The notes below the pieces were generated by a model. The model saw only the letters and a program-made list of their open reading frames with translations. It had not been told where the DNA came from and searched no databases. From the NCBI GenBank assembly GCA_964016885.1, contig OZ024754.1, positions 16,926,001 through 16,990,000 of the forward strand: DNA of 64,000 nt, given 5' to 3'. Below are positions 12,701 to 26,854 of this stretch, piece after piece. The stretch is from Eledone cirrhosa (taxonomy: Eukaryota). Position numbers and translations under genes: made by a program. Position 1 is the first letter of the stretch; every line of letters starts with the position of its first letter.

Positions 12701-13205
12701 GGGTGCGTAAGCTGATATGAATGTGGCAATTGTTTTATTCAGGACTTGTCTGAGTTTAATGATTCTTGCGTTCACCCTGTTCACTGAGATTACCTTATCT
12801 ACCCATTTGTCAGCTAGTAGGATACCTACACCACCCATCCCATTGTTATTTCCCACTCAGAAAATTTTGTAGCACTGACTTTTGCCTACGAGGACTCTAG
12901 TGGACTCTCCTCTCCATCTAGTGTCTTGCACACAGCATACATCAATTTCCTTTCGCTCTAGCATCTCTACAATTTCTCCTGCTCTTCCTTTCATTGTGCT
13001 TACATTTATGGTTCCAACTCGGAGTTTTGGGCATTTGCCAACATTCATGGGAAAAGCTGAATTTTTGCGTGTGTGTGTGTGTGTGTGTTGGGGGTGGGGT
13101 ATGCTTCCTGTCTCTGAATTGAAGCTTCTCACGGGTGCTTGGTAACTCGCGGATTCATTTTCATTTATTAATGCGGGGTTGCTCCATTTATCCTCCGCTC
13201 ACCCA
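9722..13205 (-). mobile_element. Near-full-length RTE (BovB-like) LINE, pseudogenised: APE endonuclease + RT + Cys cluster + 3' UTR
   Basis: APE motifs GTINVSTM, DVCCVQDTRW, SAYAPQ, GDFNGHVG, GFRLLEFC (13132-12052). RT motifs YRGIKL, FTDLEKAFDRIPR, GVHQGSVLSPLLF and DDL (11886-10760). C-terminus RRLRWYGHV...GRPKKTW (10477-10022). Multiple stops and frameshifts; (TGA)n tail at 9722. Confidence 0.95.
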
Positions 13206-13317
13206 TACATACATAACGGTAAAAGAGTATAAAAGTATATATATATATGTGTGTGTGTATATATATATATGTGTGTGTGTGTGTGTATATATATATATGT
13301 CTGTGTGTGTGTGTGTG

Positions 13318-13647
13318 ATCATCATTTTACGGCCGCTTTTCTCTGCTTGCAAAGGTGGGACGGGAACTGATTCTGGCTTGATTTCTACAGCTGGATGCCC
13401 TTCCTAACACCAACCTCATTTACAGTGAGTGCTGGGTGCTTTTTTGCCGTGGCACCTCCACAACCACTTTGCAGTGGAATGATATGGACCCCAGTCCCTA
13501 TCATCTCATTTCTACAGCTGAGTAAACTGGAGCAATGTGAAATAAAGTGTCTTGCTCAAGGAAACAACACATCACCTGGTCTGATAATTGAACTCACAAC
13601 CTTTCGATTGCAATGCCAATGCTCTAACCACTAAGCCATATGCCTCC
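13318..13647 (-). mobile_element. SINE family B: tRNA head + CORE-like domain + RTE-derived tail
   Basis: Reverse complement matches 59463-59806. Other copies at 38650-38988 (-), 31280-31553 (-, truncated) and 29150-29365 (-, truncated). Confidence 0.85.
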
Positions 13648-13658
13648 ATATATATATG

Positions 13659-13709
<51 letters not shown>

Positions 13710-14292
13710 GTGTGTGTGTGGTGATTTATATATAATTTTTGTGTTTCTCATCCATTATTTTGATTAGATTCAACATCATCATTATCATCGTCATTTTTAT
13801 GTTCCCTTTCCACACTGGCATGGGTTTGACGGATTGTCATGGACCAGATAGGTCAGAGGCACCAATTTTCATCCTTATGTTCCATATTTAGCATGGTCTC
13901 TAAGGTTGGATGCCCTTCCTAATGCCAACTGTCTTACAGGGTGAATTGGCTGCATTTTTCATGACAGTATCATCATTTACATAGTGTAATGAGTGTTTTT
14001 CTTAATTTTCATGCTACTAACATTAGTAGCATGTTACAGAGTTGACTGGGTGCATTTTATCATGGTACCACCACAAACACTTTGTTGTCTGTTCAGTTGT
14101 GATACACTGTAGTCTCCAGTTTGTCACAATATATGCTTTTAGTGTTGTATCGCTTGTAATCGTGGTCAGGTGTTACGGATTGCAACCTAATAATGCAGAA
14201 GAATGTGGAAATGTATTGTTTTAGATGATTACAGTTCCGAGATGCCTTTGGGAACATATACCATTATACCTCTCTACTAGAATTATAAACAC

Positions 14293-14326
<34 letters not shown>

Positions 14327-14596
14327 GATCTAGTGATAGAAATAACTCAAATGTGGAAAATAAAAACTGAAACAATACTTATAATTATAGGTGCTCTAGG
14401 AATGATAACCAAAACCCCAGGACTTACAAATATATACAACATACAAAATATAGCACTACAAGGCACTGCACACATATTACGAAAAGTACTTACTATCAAT
14501 ACAATAGAAACAACAGCAGCAAAAACTACACTGCACATACCCAAGGCACACAGAGCTGTGCTTTGTAAAGCAGTAATGATGCACAATAATAATAAT
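14327..14596 (+). mobile_element. 3' fragment of a Dong/R4-clade non-LTR retrotransposon (restriction-like endonuclease C-terminus) in (AAT)n
   Basis: DLVIEITQMWKIKTETILIIIGALGMI...IQNIALQGTAHILRKVL resembles the R4/Dong RLE tail. Flanked on both sides by TAA repeats, the known Dong target. Confidence 0.8.
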
Positions 14597-14964
14597 AGTA
14601 AAATGTCAAAATATGATTATTTTGTGCAGTTATTACAGTGAAGGAAAGTCAGCGTAACCTAGTGGAAGCATATGAAGTTTAAGAATAAAACAAAATTGTT
14701 ACCTGGAGACTTTCACGGGGCTTATAAAAGTCTACAATAGCATGAAATGGAAAGAAAATGTTTTGAAATGACACATGTTGAATTTATGAGTGTAACGATT
14801 AGAATTTAATCTCTGTTAAAGTGGTGATTTGTCATGCATTTAAGTAAAAAAAAAAAAAAAGTACAGTTAGGAATATTTGCAGGAAGCTGAACACTATGTG
14901 ACTTTGGTTTGATAATAACTTATGATGAATCAATATAAAACTGATAGAACAGTTGATATATGAA

Positions 14965-15178
14965 CCCTTTAGCATTTACATTGCTCTCTATTGTATTTTT
15001 GAAGTAAAGTCTTTATCTTACATAATTATCTCACATAATATAGAATCTACGAGAATTTGATGTTGTTTATTTTGAGAACAATACCTTAATGTCAGTATGG
15101 GTGGCCGGTTATGACTAGTTTGAACTGAAAGAGGTGAAAGAATTCAGGCCGGATATGGCTGGTTTAAATGCTAAAGGG
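14965..15178. mobile_element. piggyBac-like MITE family 1
   Basis: CCCTTTAGCATTTA...TAAATGCTAAAGGG|TTAA; the left TSD has decayed to TGAA. Confidence 0.75.
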
Positions 15179-16536
15179 TTAAGGTTGTGGATGGTTTGGT
15201 CCTTATACCTGTTGAATTTGTTTTGTCTGGAATTATTAGTAAGCTGGAGGCTAATTATTTTGCTGTTTTATTTTTAGTCATTTAATTTTTTCAGAATTTC
15301 AGATGGTGTTATGTCATGAAGTTCTTCGTTAGGCTACACATAAAACTTCATATGGAACAGAATATCAAACAAATGTTAATTAGTGCATTAGATTTTATGA
15401 GTCTATTTAAAAATTAAATTTAAAAAAAAAAAAGGAAGAAAATTATTTGATATTTTGGCATTTAACCTGCAGATTCACTCCCAAAATATAGCTTCAAACA
15501 AAATGGATAATTTATTATTCCATTTCTGAACTAAATTATTTAAAAATTATAAATCTTAATTAATTTTTTGAAATTTTTTACTGATAGTTATTTCATCAAT
15601 ATACAATATGCAGTATGTCAAATTTGAGTTAATTTATTCAAATATTTTTATAATTAAAAAAATATAAAGAGTAAATGATTGTTGAATGGTTATTGATGGG
15701 AATGTTGATGATAATTCTTGTGAATTTTCTTAGAATTATTTCTTCTTTCAACAATGTAATTAATAAAGAAAGTATATTTGGAATAGAAATAGAAGCTTCG
15801 CCATACTATAGTCTAATATAGTCTAATAATGGGGCATATAAATCCACTGAATGGAAAAAGATGGGTATCAGCACACACAGTATACACTGCTGCATTGTAT
15901 AAAACTATTATTAATCCTTTTGATTCCAAACCACCCAAAACCACCCCTGGTTCTATGATATAACATTTTTTTTTTATGAAGGGTCTATATTTATCTAAAA
16001 TCCCTCCATCATAATTTTAAGCTGTTCCAAACACCAGATTATTAATTTGAAATTTAGTTATCTGTTTGATTATTTTCAAAATTATTTGGAAATCCTAGAG
16101 TGTCTCACTAGGAATATGGTAATGAAAGGGTTGAATTATAATAAAGGAGAGAAATGAAGCAACCATACTTCGTTGGATGTGCAATGTAAGTGTGAGAGAA
16201 AAGCTGGGTTTAAAAAGAATCCTAGGTGCAGGAGAGAAGACTGCATTGATATGGACATGTGATGTGCATGGATGATGATTGCTGGGTGAAGAAGTGAAAG
16301 GAAGCCACTAGTAGAGGTATAACAAGGAAGACCTGGGTAGAGGTGGTGAGAGCTGAGCTCAAATCACTTAGTCTGACAGAGGAGACGACGAAGGAACACA
16401 GCAAATGGAGGGATGCCCTGCTGAGAATGATCAACCCAACCCATGCAAGCATGGAAAAGTGGACATAAAAAATGGCAATGAGGAATATGAATATAATTTT
16501 TACTTACCTTTTAGCAATTGTAGTTTAAAAGTATAT

Positions 16537-17590
16537 TGCCGTGGTTATAGTGTTGCCTTACTGCCGTGGTTATAATGTCTTATTGCTGTGGTTATAATGG
16601 TAGAGTTGTCTTATTGCCGTGGTTATAATGGTAGAATTATCTTATTGCCGTGGTTATAATGGTAGAGTTGTCTTATTGCTGTGGTTATAATGGTAGAGTT
16701 GTCTTATTGCCGTGGTTATAATGGTAGAGTTGTCTTATTGCTGTGGTTATAATGGTAGAGTTGTCTTATTGCCGTGGTTATAATGGTAGAGTTGTCTTAT
16801 TGCCGTGGTTATAATGGTAGAGTTGTCTTATTGCCGTGGTTATAATGGTAGAGTTGTCTTACTGCCGTGGTTATAATGGTAGAGTTGTCTTATTGCCGTG
16901 GTTATAATGGTAGAGTTGTCTTATTGCCGTGGTTATAATGATAGAATTGTCTTATTGCTGTGGTTATAATGGTAGAGTTGTCTTATTGCCGTGGTTATAA
17001 TGGTAGAATTGTCTTATTGCTGTGGTTATAATGGTAGAGTTGTCTTATTGCCGTGGTTATAATGGTAGAGTTGTCTTATTGCCGTGGTTATAATGGTAGA
17101 GTTGTCTTATTGCTGTGGTTATAATGGTAGAGTTGTCTTATTGCTGTGGTTATAATGGTAGAGTTGTCTTATTGCCGTGGTTATAATGGTAGAGTTGTCT
17201 TATTGTTGTAGTTATAATGGTAGAGTTGTCTTATTGCTGTGGTTATAATGGTAGAGTTGTCTTATTGTTGTGGTTATAATGGTAGAGTTGTCTTATTGCC
17301 GTGGTTATAATGGTAGAGTTGTCTTATTGCTGTGGTTATAATGGTAGAGTTGTCTTATTGCTGTGGTTATAATGGTAGAGTTGTCTTATTGCTGTGGTTA
17401 TAATGGTAGAGTTGTCTTATTGCTGTGGTTATAATGGTAGAGTTGTCTTATTGCTGTGGTTATAATGGTAGAGTTGTCTTATTGCTGTGGTTATAATGGT
17501 AGAGTTGTCTTATTGCTGTGGTTATAATGGTAGAGTTGTCTTATTGCTGTGGTTATAATGGTAGAGTTGTCTTATTGCTGTGGTTATAAT
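16537..17590 (+). repeat. 31-bp minisatellite, ~33 copies
   Basis: Unit gc(c/t)gtggttataatggtagagttgtcttatt; period verified between 16621 and 16652. Confidence 0.97.
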
Positions 17591-20413
17591 AAATGTAGGG
17601 TTGTCTTTATTCAGTATTTGAAAGAGAATTCTCAACTTTAGACTTTTCGGAAATGAGTTCAACTGTTGGTACTGGTGTCATCTGGTTTCTTACAGGCTGT
17701 TGGGAGTGAAATAGAAGTGGGAATTGGTCGACTTACATTTATTCCCTGATTAATTGGTTGACTAACTGAAAAGTTTAAAAATATTGTGTGTTATGAGACA
17801 GAAAAGAAAACATCTAATTCTCCCATCCTACTAATTTTAACTTTCTGATATTAGGGCAAGGAGGAGAATTATCAAGAAGCAACAATGCTTTTAAATCAGA
17901 GTTAATCTTCAGAACATTTCTTTATATATATAGATATAGTTTATTAATTCTCAACATCCTGTACCATATGACACTGCATTAGTGAGACTGTTTGGAAAAA
18001 TATAAAACAGCACCATGTCTGCATCATCATCATCATCATCATAAGTCCGATTTTCCTTGCTTGCAAGGGTGGGACAGGTCCTTTTCAGCACAACATCTCT
18101 CCATTCATCACAGTCCTTCGTCATCTCCTCTGTGAGCTTCAGTGATCTGAGGTTCGTTTTCGTGGACTTCCTCTACTGCATCTTCCTTCCACCGAGATTT
18201 CTTGGCACTTCTTCATGGCCATACCAATGTAGTCTTCTCTCCTGCACACTGCAGTTTATTCCTCTTATACACAATAAACAGTCTGCATCTCATGAAAAAT
18301 TAAAGTATTTACTCTAATACAGTAAATTTTCACAATAATCTATCCATGATAATAGTATAAACATTTGAATTAGCAATCCTGCTTGTAGATATTTTCTGCT
18401 AAATAATTACAGGATGTTAAGAGTTAATTAAATATCCAGAGACTTATTAGTCTGGGCAAACTCCAGTGTAACTTGTCACTGGATCAACTTCAAACTATTA
18501 ATCTCTGCTATAGTATTGACTATTTATTCTCGCATTCATCAATACCAAATAGATATGTATGTGTACATATTGTTGAAGCTGACCCCTTGTCCATTATCCT
18601 ATGCCAGCCATCAATTAGTTAAGGGGTAGTATTTATCTGGTTCATAAAGGTGCATATAAAAGTGTTATTAACTTTGAGATTGCTATCTAGCACCCAGTCA
18701 GACAGAGTTTAATACAGTGTGTTAGTCCATATAGATTTCTATAGTTTTGTTCAAGCTTATTATAAGCTCTCCTGTCATTCTGCCAACTTTTTTCTAGTAA
18801 CACTCAATTTGCTGTTCTTCCGGTTTTCTTTTTTCTTTTTATTTTTAAAGAATATAAACTTCCAAAATCTATTGTCAATAAACACTATTCTGGTTAGATA
18901 GAACTCAACACTGGCAACTTGAAGCAATGACAATGTTTATTGTAGTAGTAGTTGTAATAGTAGTAATTAATAGTGGTGCTCTGGTTTAGTTCTAATGTTG
19001 AAGTTACCATTACTTTTCCGGAAGGAAGTGGCTTTTTTCTCTGATGTATGTAGGTTATTTCTGTTGTTTTTTTTGTTTTTTTTTTATTTGTATTTTTAAA
19101 AATTCAGAATGTTCATCTTTTCCACTAGTATGCTTTAAATTTTACAGTCTCACTAAACAATCATTATTATTATTATTATGCAAATGAAAATGGTTTGTTT
19201 TCTAGATAAGTCTGAAAGTTTGTTACAAAACAACAAATATAATGATAATAATAATAATCCATTTTCAAATATAAATATGGATAAAATATAAATTAAATAT
19301 AAATAAGAAAAATATTAGATAAATAAATAATTGTCATTTCTGTTCAAATAAATTCTGCTTGTCCATTTTTTAAACATTTTTAAAATTTGAAGTAGTGTTT
19401 GGTCTATTTCATTGTGTGACAATTTTCATTAAACATTTTTTCAAACCCTCATAAGTCCTTGTTTTTCTATGTTACTTATTAAAATACATAATTAACTTAT
19501 ATTTGTTTACCCGATATATTTTTCACTCATTAATCTAATTTCTACTTTTGCAACAAAAACATCATCCAATATTTTTTAAAACATATATTTAATGATTTTA
19601 ACACCAACCCACTCCAAATCTGCCTCTGGTTCTATGAAACAAAACCATTCATTTTCAAAGGTTCCTATTTATGGCGGTTTGGCAGTATAGGTAAAGTGTC
19701 AGACACTATGTTTTGCAGCATAGAGTTATGGCTCCTTACTTTCTGAGTTCAAATCCTGCCAAGGTTAACTTTGCCTTTCATCTTTACGGGGTCAACAAAA
19801 TAAAGCACCAATAATGCACTGGGGTAACTGCTGGCCTTGTGCCAAAAGTAGAAGCAATTATTTAGTCAAAAAATTATTTAATAAAAAAAGTAGAAATATT
19901 ACATTAAATCCTTCCAATATTATTTGATATATAACCCTTATGTTATGTTGCACATACCATCTTACCATTTTGATACTGAACTGCCTGAAACCACCCCTGT
20001 TTCCACAATAGGTCTGTTTGTTTTAAAGTGTTTATAGCTATCTAAAAAAAAAAAAAAACTTTCATCATAATGTTATGTAAGGACTTTTAAGTTTCAAACG
20101 AGATTAATAATAAGAAAGTTGGTTATATTAGTAAATCCCTCCAAATTCTTCATTATTTTAAAAATCCTATTCGCATTAGAAATATGGTAATGAAAGGACT
20201 AAAATAACGAGATATAAGGAAATTAAGATTTAGACTTATATTACTCAAATCATTATAAAGAAAAAATGGTATCTTAAAAACAGTAAAAGGTAAATAATTG
20301 AAATTAATGTTTCAGTTACAGCATCATATATATTATTAATTACATTTGATTATTAATATATATTTTATCTAATTTTGTATTTTTCTTTTACTTTTACTCT
20401 TAGGGATGATTAA

Positions 20414-20794
20414 CCCTTTAGCATTTAAACTGGCCATATCTGGCCAGAATTATCTCACCTCTTTCTGTTCAAACTGACCGTAACTAGCTACTCATACTGA
20501 TGTTAAAGTATTGCTCTCAAAATACTAAAAATAAATAATATCAAAATCACATAGATTTGATATTATGTAAGATAAAACCTTTACCACAAAAATACAATAG
20601 TAAATATAGCTTTATCTGGCCAGAATTCTCTCAACACCCTCTGTTAAAACTGGCTGTAGCAGGCCACTCATACTGATGTTATGGTATTGTTCTCAAAATA
20701 AATATCAAAATCTCATAGATTCGATATTATGTGAGGTAAAGCCTTTACTGTGAAAATACAATAGTAAATATAGAGTAATGTAAATGTAAAAGGG
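20414..20794. mobile_element. piggyBac-like MITE family 1 with internal duplication
   Basis: Both TTAA-flanked termini present; internal ~175-bp segment repeated (tatctggccagaatt... at 20437 and 20613). Confidence 0.75.
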
Positions 20795-23535
20795 TTAACT
20801 AAACAGTATTATATGACTTTCAATATAAAAAAAAAAGAAATATTTGTGGTTCCCCATAGAAGTCCATGTGTTGGTCAGTGTTTAGAACCACTTCATGTTG
20901 CCATATCATTAATGTTCTAGGGTACTGGTTTAAAAGAGGTTCACTGTATCATTGTGTGTTGTAAGAGATAGCCAAAAGAATTGGCACAAGGATGGCCAAC
21001 TGGCTATAAAACATTGCTTCATAAAAGACCCCATGATGAATAATAAAGCCTTTCATTGGGCCAGCAAAGCTGGGGAACATGGCAACATGGTCTTCACCCT
21101 TTCGATACCAGCATAACCAAAATCAGCTCTGGTTCTATGAATCAAAGCCACCCATTTTAAAGGGTTCCTATTGAATTCAAATTCTTTCTACACTATTTTT
21201 TATAAGAACCATATAGTACTGTAAAGTGGTCATGTAGGTGTCATGACAAAAAGCACCCATCCCACACTGTAAAGTGGTCGTGTAGGACACACGGAAAAAA
21301 GCACCCAACACACTGTAAATGTGGTTGGTGTTAGTAAGGGCATCCAGCCATAGAAATCTAGCCAGAAACAGTCCTATATAACAGTCACCCAACCCAACTG
21401 GCCTCTAATGGGACAAACCCGTTTAACTCATACGAGCATGGAAAATAGATGTTAAATGATGATGATAATATAGAATCAGCAACTTTGTTTCCGTGGTCCA
21501 ATTTGACGAGTTCCACCTCATTCAATAAGTGAATAAGGCCTGGGATCTTGTTGATCAATTTAATTAATGATCGAATGAAATGATTAGTAATTTTGGTAAA
21601 TACCTCCAAATTCTTCATTAATTAATTTAAATACAATCATTAGAAATTTGGTAATGGAAGTGTTAAAATACTTGTTGCATTAATGTTCTTTGAGGGGGAA
21701 TTATCATGGCATCCCATTCACCTTCTCCAAATATTGTTTAAATGCTAAGATATGGTCACTGATGTGCTTTCATTTTAAAGCAATTGTTTGGCATTTAAAA
21801 CACAAGTTAGCGTTAAAAAATATTTAACAATTAGTCACAAAGATCAGTTACACCATTATTTTTATCTTATTCATGGCTTCTTTTTTTTGTCTTTTTACTT
21901 TTGCATTTTAGCAATTTTTCATGAAGACTTTTGCTGAAATTCTAAATGGATGTTGCATATATGCAGTTGTTGACATTTTAGTAAAACTACTTCACTTAGC
22001 AAGCAATGATAACACTTTGTATACTATAAGTAAATATAGACATTTGTGTACCTGTGTATAAGAGAAATCTGTTTCCAAGAACATGGAACATAATTCCAGA
22101 AGTATGGAATGGAATAGAATAGGTATCATTGTTCTGCCATTTTTTCTCATTGTTTTGAAAGCATAGGAGGCAAAACCAAAATTTTACCTGTCTTTTTGTT
22201 AATGAACTTTTTAATGTGATACAGTTATCATATTGTTTTGTGCTTTTGAAGAATGTCTTACTAGTGTGGTTTCATGTGGTACATGACATTAAAAGTTAAA
22301 CTCTCTTGTCAGTTTTGATCAGATAAATCTACAAAGCTGTTCCATACGTGATGTCTTTCTTTGTTATGAAAGAGATTTTGCTGCTATTTCCAGCATGTTG
22401 AATGACTGTATCAAGGCTTATCTTAGCTTAAAAATAAATGAATAGACCCACAGTATTCTTTCAATTGATTCTTTATAAATTTGTTGTACCAGAAAAAGAT
22501 GTGAGACACTGGGAAAATTACTGAGAATAGTGACTACTTCTAAAACAGTAAATTAGGTGTGATTGCCCTTAATATAACAACCATGGTTAGTCTTAGTCTG
22601 TACAAGGAGAAATTCATCTCTCAACTTAAAAATACTATGGAGACAGCATTTTAAGCTTTATGAATTTGTGGTGACATTTACAATAAATAGACTTATACAT
22701 GTCGATTTCCTTTGTAGATTTTAGTCTCGTTTGTAGGAAAATTAAATTCTCAGAAACAATTATTGATCCAATTATTGATAGCTTTATTTATTTTCTTGCT
22801 GTCACCCAATCCCCAAATATCTAACAACCTTATGAATACCTTCTCTGAATGGTTTCCTTTCATAATGAAACCTAATTTCCTTTTCAAATTGTTGAGAAAC
22901 AGTCATTCTTAGGCTCTGTCTTTTATCTTCACAAAGTAATTTCTGTCATCTTTTTTTCTTTTTTCTTTTTTACATGTTAAATGGGATAAATTCATGTCTT
23001 TTAAATGAAGGCTTTTATATGATTACAAACGTGAGATACTTCCAATCCAGAAGTTAACTAGTTGGTTCTTATCAAATGTTTTACACATATATAACCCTTG
23101 CTAGTAGGTAAAGCAGACATTAAATGATGATGATGATGATAAGAACTAAGTGAAAATCTGTAGAGTTAATATTGGTTATCTGATCAATGATGTAATTAAT
23201 AATTGTTTCTAGTTTTGGCACAAGGCCAGCAATTACCCAGTGTATTACTGGTACTTTATTTTATCAACCCCATAAGGATGAAAGGCAAAGTTAACCTCGA
23301 TAATTCAAATTGTATAGGAACTGTCCACTCACTCCTTATTTCGCTCATCTATAGAACATAATTGAAAGGTGATATCACTAAACTAAATACTTAAGTCATA
23401 AATACAGTGTGAATAACATAATGACTAAGATACTGGTCTTGATTCAGTCAATGTAATTTTGACTATTTTGTAAAGTGGTCATGTTGGTGACACAAAAAAA
23501 GTGCTCACCCGACAATGTAAAATGGTCATGTAGGT

Positions 23536-23848
23536 CAGTGCTACTCAAAGTGGTGGTCCGCGGACCGGTGGCGGAATGCAAGCCATCAGCTACCGGTACG
23601 CGGCCAGTGTCAAGGCCATGCTAAGGAATCATTTGAGGAATTTTTTTTATTACATTTTTATATGTTTTGATATTGTATTATTTGTTTTACAAAATAAATA
23701 GAAGATAAAAAAAGTGGTCAACTATTATTATATTCATTATATATATCGTTTCCGGTATAAATTAATATTACTACAAAATATTAGCGGTACGTGGCACATT
23801 GAAAAAAAAAATGCCGATCTGCCACATCAGATAGTTTGAGAAACACTG
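23536..23848. mobile_element. Non-autonomous hAT (Charlie/Buster-like) transposon nested in a SINE body
   Basis: TIRs CAGTGCTACTCAAA / TTTGAGAAACACTG. Perfect 8-bp TSD atgtaggt (23528-23535, 23849-23856) with central TA. Confidence 0.9.
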
Positions 23849-25008
23849 ATGTAGGTGACACAACTAAAAGCACCCAGTACTGTAAATGTGGTTGTCGTTA
23901 GGAAGAACTTCCAGCCATAGAAACCAAGCCAAAATCAGTTCTATGTGAACAAGACACAGTTCTCCGACGTGTCATATCTTATGACGGGACAGCTTGTCTA
24001 ACCCATGCTATTATAGAACATGGACATTAAATTGTGATGATGATGTCTTCTATCTCAGAAATGAGGGCTTGTTATTATACATTGATTAACTCAAACTAAG
24101 TGTTCTTATCTTTAGATTTAGCCATTGTACCCTTTGGTCTTCTTCAGATGCCTATTGTATTCAGTAATGTTCCTGGCCATAGAAGGGTGGGGCAGTGGGG
24201 TGGGGGTTAAAGCAGTTGTTTAAAACTCTTGAGTTACATAATAATTCCATATATTTGTTGATGAAATGTTAAATCTCTTTACTTGCTGAGCATGAATACA
24301 GTGATTAGGGTAGGTATCCAGCTGTAGAGACCATGACTAAATAGAACATATGAACTAGATGTAGTCACCTGACCAGTCTAGCCTGATAGCGTGTACAACC
24401 CGTCTAATCCATGAAAGCATGAAAAATAACATTAAACAACGATGATGACGATACACGGTTTAACAAAAAGGAAAGAAAAAATCAATGATTTTTATCTGCC
24501 AAAATATGTACCTTGAACCTGTGCTGATGAATACCAACACTGAAGCTTAAGGTGATGGAGTATGCAACATATTAGATTATGCTATCTAGTTAACTATTTC
24601 AAATATCAGAATTGACTTTCTATTTCATCCAGCATACTTCTGAATTATGAACCAGTAATTTGCTCAGATTTAGTGAAAATTTGAATTTACTTCAATAATC
24701 AAATCTTATTTGATCAGTTGCTGGGAAATACCTAATTTTTTTCAGTTTCCTTTACTTTACTTCCTTTTCTTTCAACTTGTTTTATTTGCTTTGATTGCTA
24801 CAAACGATTAGCATGCAGTATGATATAATTTTCATAATATTGTAATGTTGAGAATTATGTCATAAAGAAGATTATTTTAGCTTACAACCTGCATATACGG
24901 TATTATTTTGTTAATCTCTTCCAGTCATTTTTATAAACTATAAGAAAGAAAGAGAGTAAAAAAATCATTTTTACATGAAGGTCAAAGGATAAGTTGGAAA
25001 TAATAATG

Positions 25009-25039
<31 letters not shown>

Positions 25040-26854
25040 TTTCTTATATAAGCACAAGGCCAGTAATTTGGGAGGAGGGGAAGTCGATTAAATTGACCCA
25101 GTACATTACTGGTACTTTATTTTATCGACCCCGTAAGGATGAAAGGCAAAGTTAACACCTCGGCGGGATTTGAACTCAGACTGTAGAGGGCCGTAACTCT
25201 ATGCTGCAAAGCATGGCGTCCGACTCTCTGATGATAATAATAATAACAGCTGTTGATTTGCTTATTGTTTGAGTGAAAATTTGGAATGTAATTAAATATT
25301 TCATCGTTTTGCCTGAAGCATAATTTATAGATTGAATTGCACTATAATTATTATCTAATGATCTGATGATAAGAGTCATCCTTTTAGCTTATCCCTCATG
25401 TTATTCTTTTCTTTTTTATTTATTGTTTTTATATAATTTGCTAGCCATGTTGCCACCTGACCAAGCAAGACACATGTCTTATTATTAATGAGTTTACGAG
25501 TACATTGACACTCTTATTGTTAGTTTTCTGTATCACCTTTCTGGATGTTACCTGAAACATTTAGGCATCATGTCCATTTATTTATCAATAATGGTAAATT
25601 ATCTGTTTGTATATTCCAGGTAGGGTATATTTATTTCAAGTTTCTGAAGTAATGATATGATTTTCTTGAAATTGTATGTAATAGATTTTATTAATGGTGT
25701 TGTAGAAAATAGTATTATTTCATTTTACTGTTATTTTATGTCAGTTTTTCTTGAAATATCATTTCATTTGTCTATAAGTTTGTAATCATATTAGATCTTA
25801 TGTAATAGTTAGATGTCTTAGGTTATTTTGAATTGTCAATCAGTGTTTCTTTAACATAAACTTGGCTTCAGATTTCACTTAGATTTTACTAGTTTAATTC
25901 TCCTGTTTTGATTCTTGAAATATTTAGATGTGTGTGTTGAGCAAATCTTAGGCAATGCGTCAATTTAAGATTTGTTGCAGTAACATTTAATAAAAACCTA
26001 CTATATATAAAAAATAAAACTATAAATATTATTTTCTTCTGCAACATTACAGATATCTTTAAATGATTTACAATACAAATCTGCCTATTTTCTTAATCTT
26101 AAGATGGCAGGTTGTCTTATTTCTGTAGTGGATTTATTTAAGCTTTCTTGATATATAAACTCTGAAAGATTCTTAGAAAATCATATAATCTTGACTACTT
26201 TAAAGCCATTGCAATCTTACTTTGTTAAGACTTTGCTTATGGTGAGATGAGCTGCAGTAGAATTTGTCACATGGTTTAGTAAGTGTAGTTCTCTGTGACA
26301 TTCTTTGGTTAGGTATGATTTCAAAGATAATACATTATACATAATATATTATACATTATACATATATATAGATTCATATATATTTAATTCCTAATATATA
26401 TTATAATTCATAATGCAATTATCAATCATTGTTGTCATTTTTATATCCACTTTTCTATGCTGGCATGATGTGGATGGGATTGTTAGACACGTCAATCTAT
26501 GTCCTAGCTGACGTCAATTCTTCTTAGTCACCTCTTACAACATACAGGAATATGGTATACCTATTCTAAAAATCACCATTTTCCTTTTATAAATTAAAAT
26601 TATCCACTAAATGTCAATTTAACTTTTAATATCCTCCATTGATTTAGCAGAAAAAATTTAAAAATAGGTTTAGTAATTCAGATCTTTATAGTATATTTGA
26701 TAGTAGACAGATTGTTGTGACAATTTAAAGTATTATCTCTTAACATCCTGTAATGGTTTAGCAGAAAATATATGAAAGTGGGATTATTAATTCATATACT
26801 TCTAGATTATTTATTAGTAGAAAGATTGTTGTAAAATGTTTGGATTAAATAATT

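Noticed and set aside
16537-17590. CRISPR-like array of ~31-bp repeats
   Set aside because: Units are contiguous with no unique spacers, there are no cas genes, and the context is eukaryotic; it is a minisatellite.
24520-24580. ctgatga-atac...gtat-gcaa motif
   Set aside because: GAAA is replaced by GCAA and no helix I or III can be formed.
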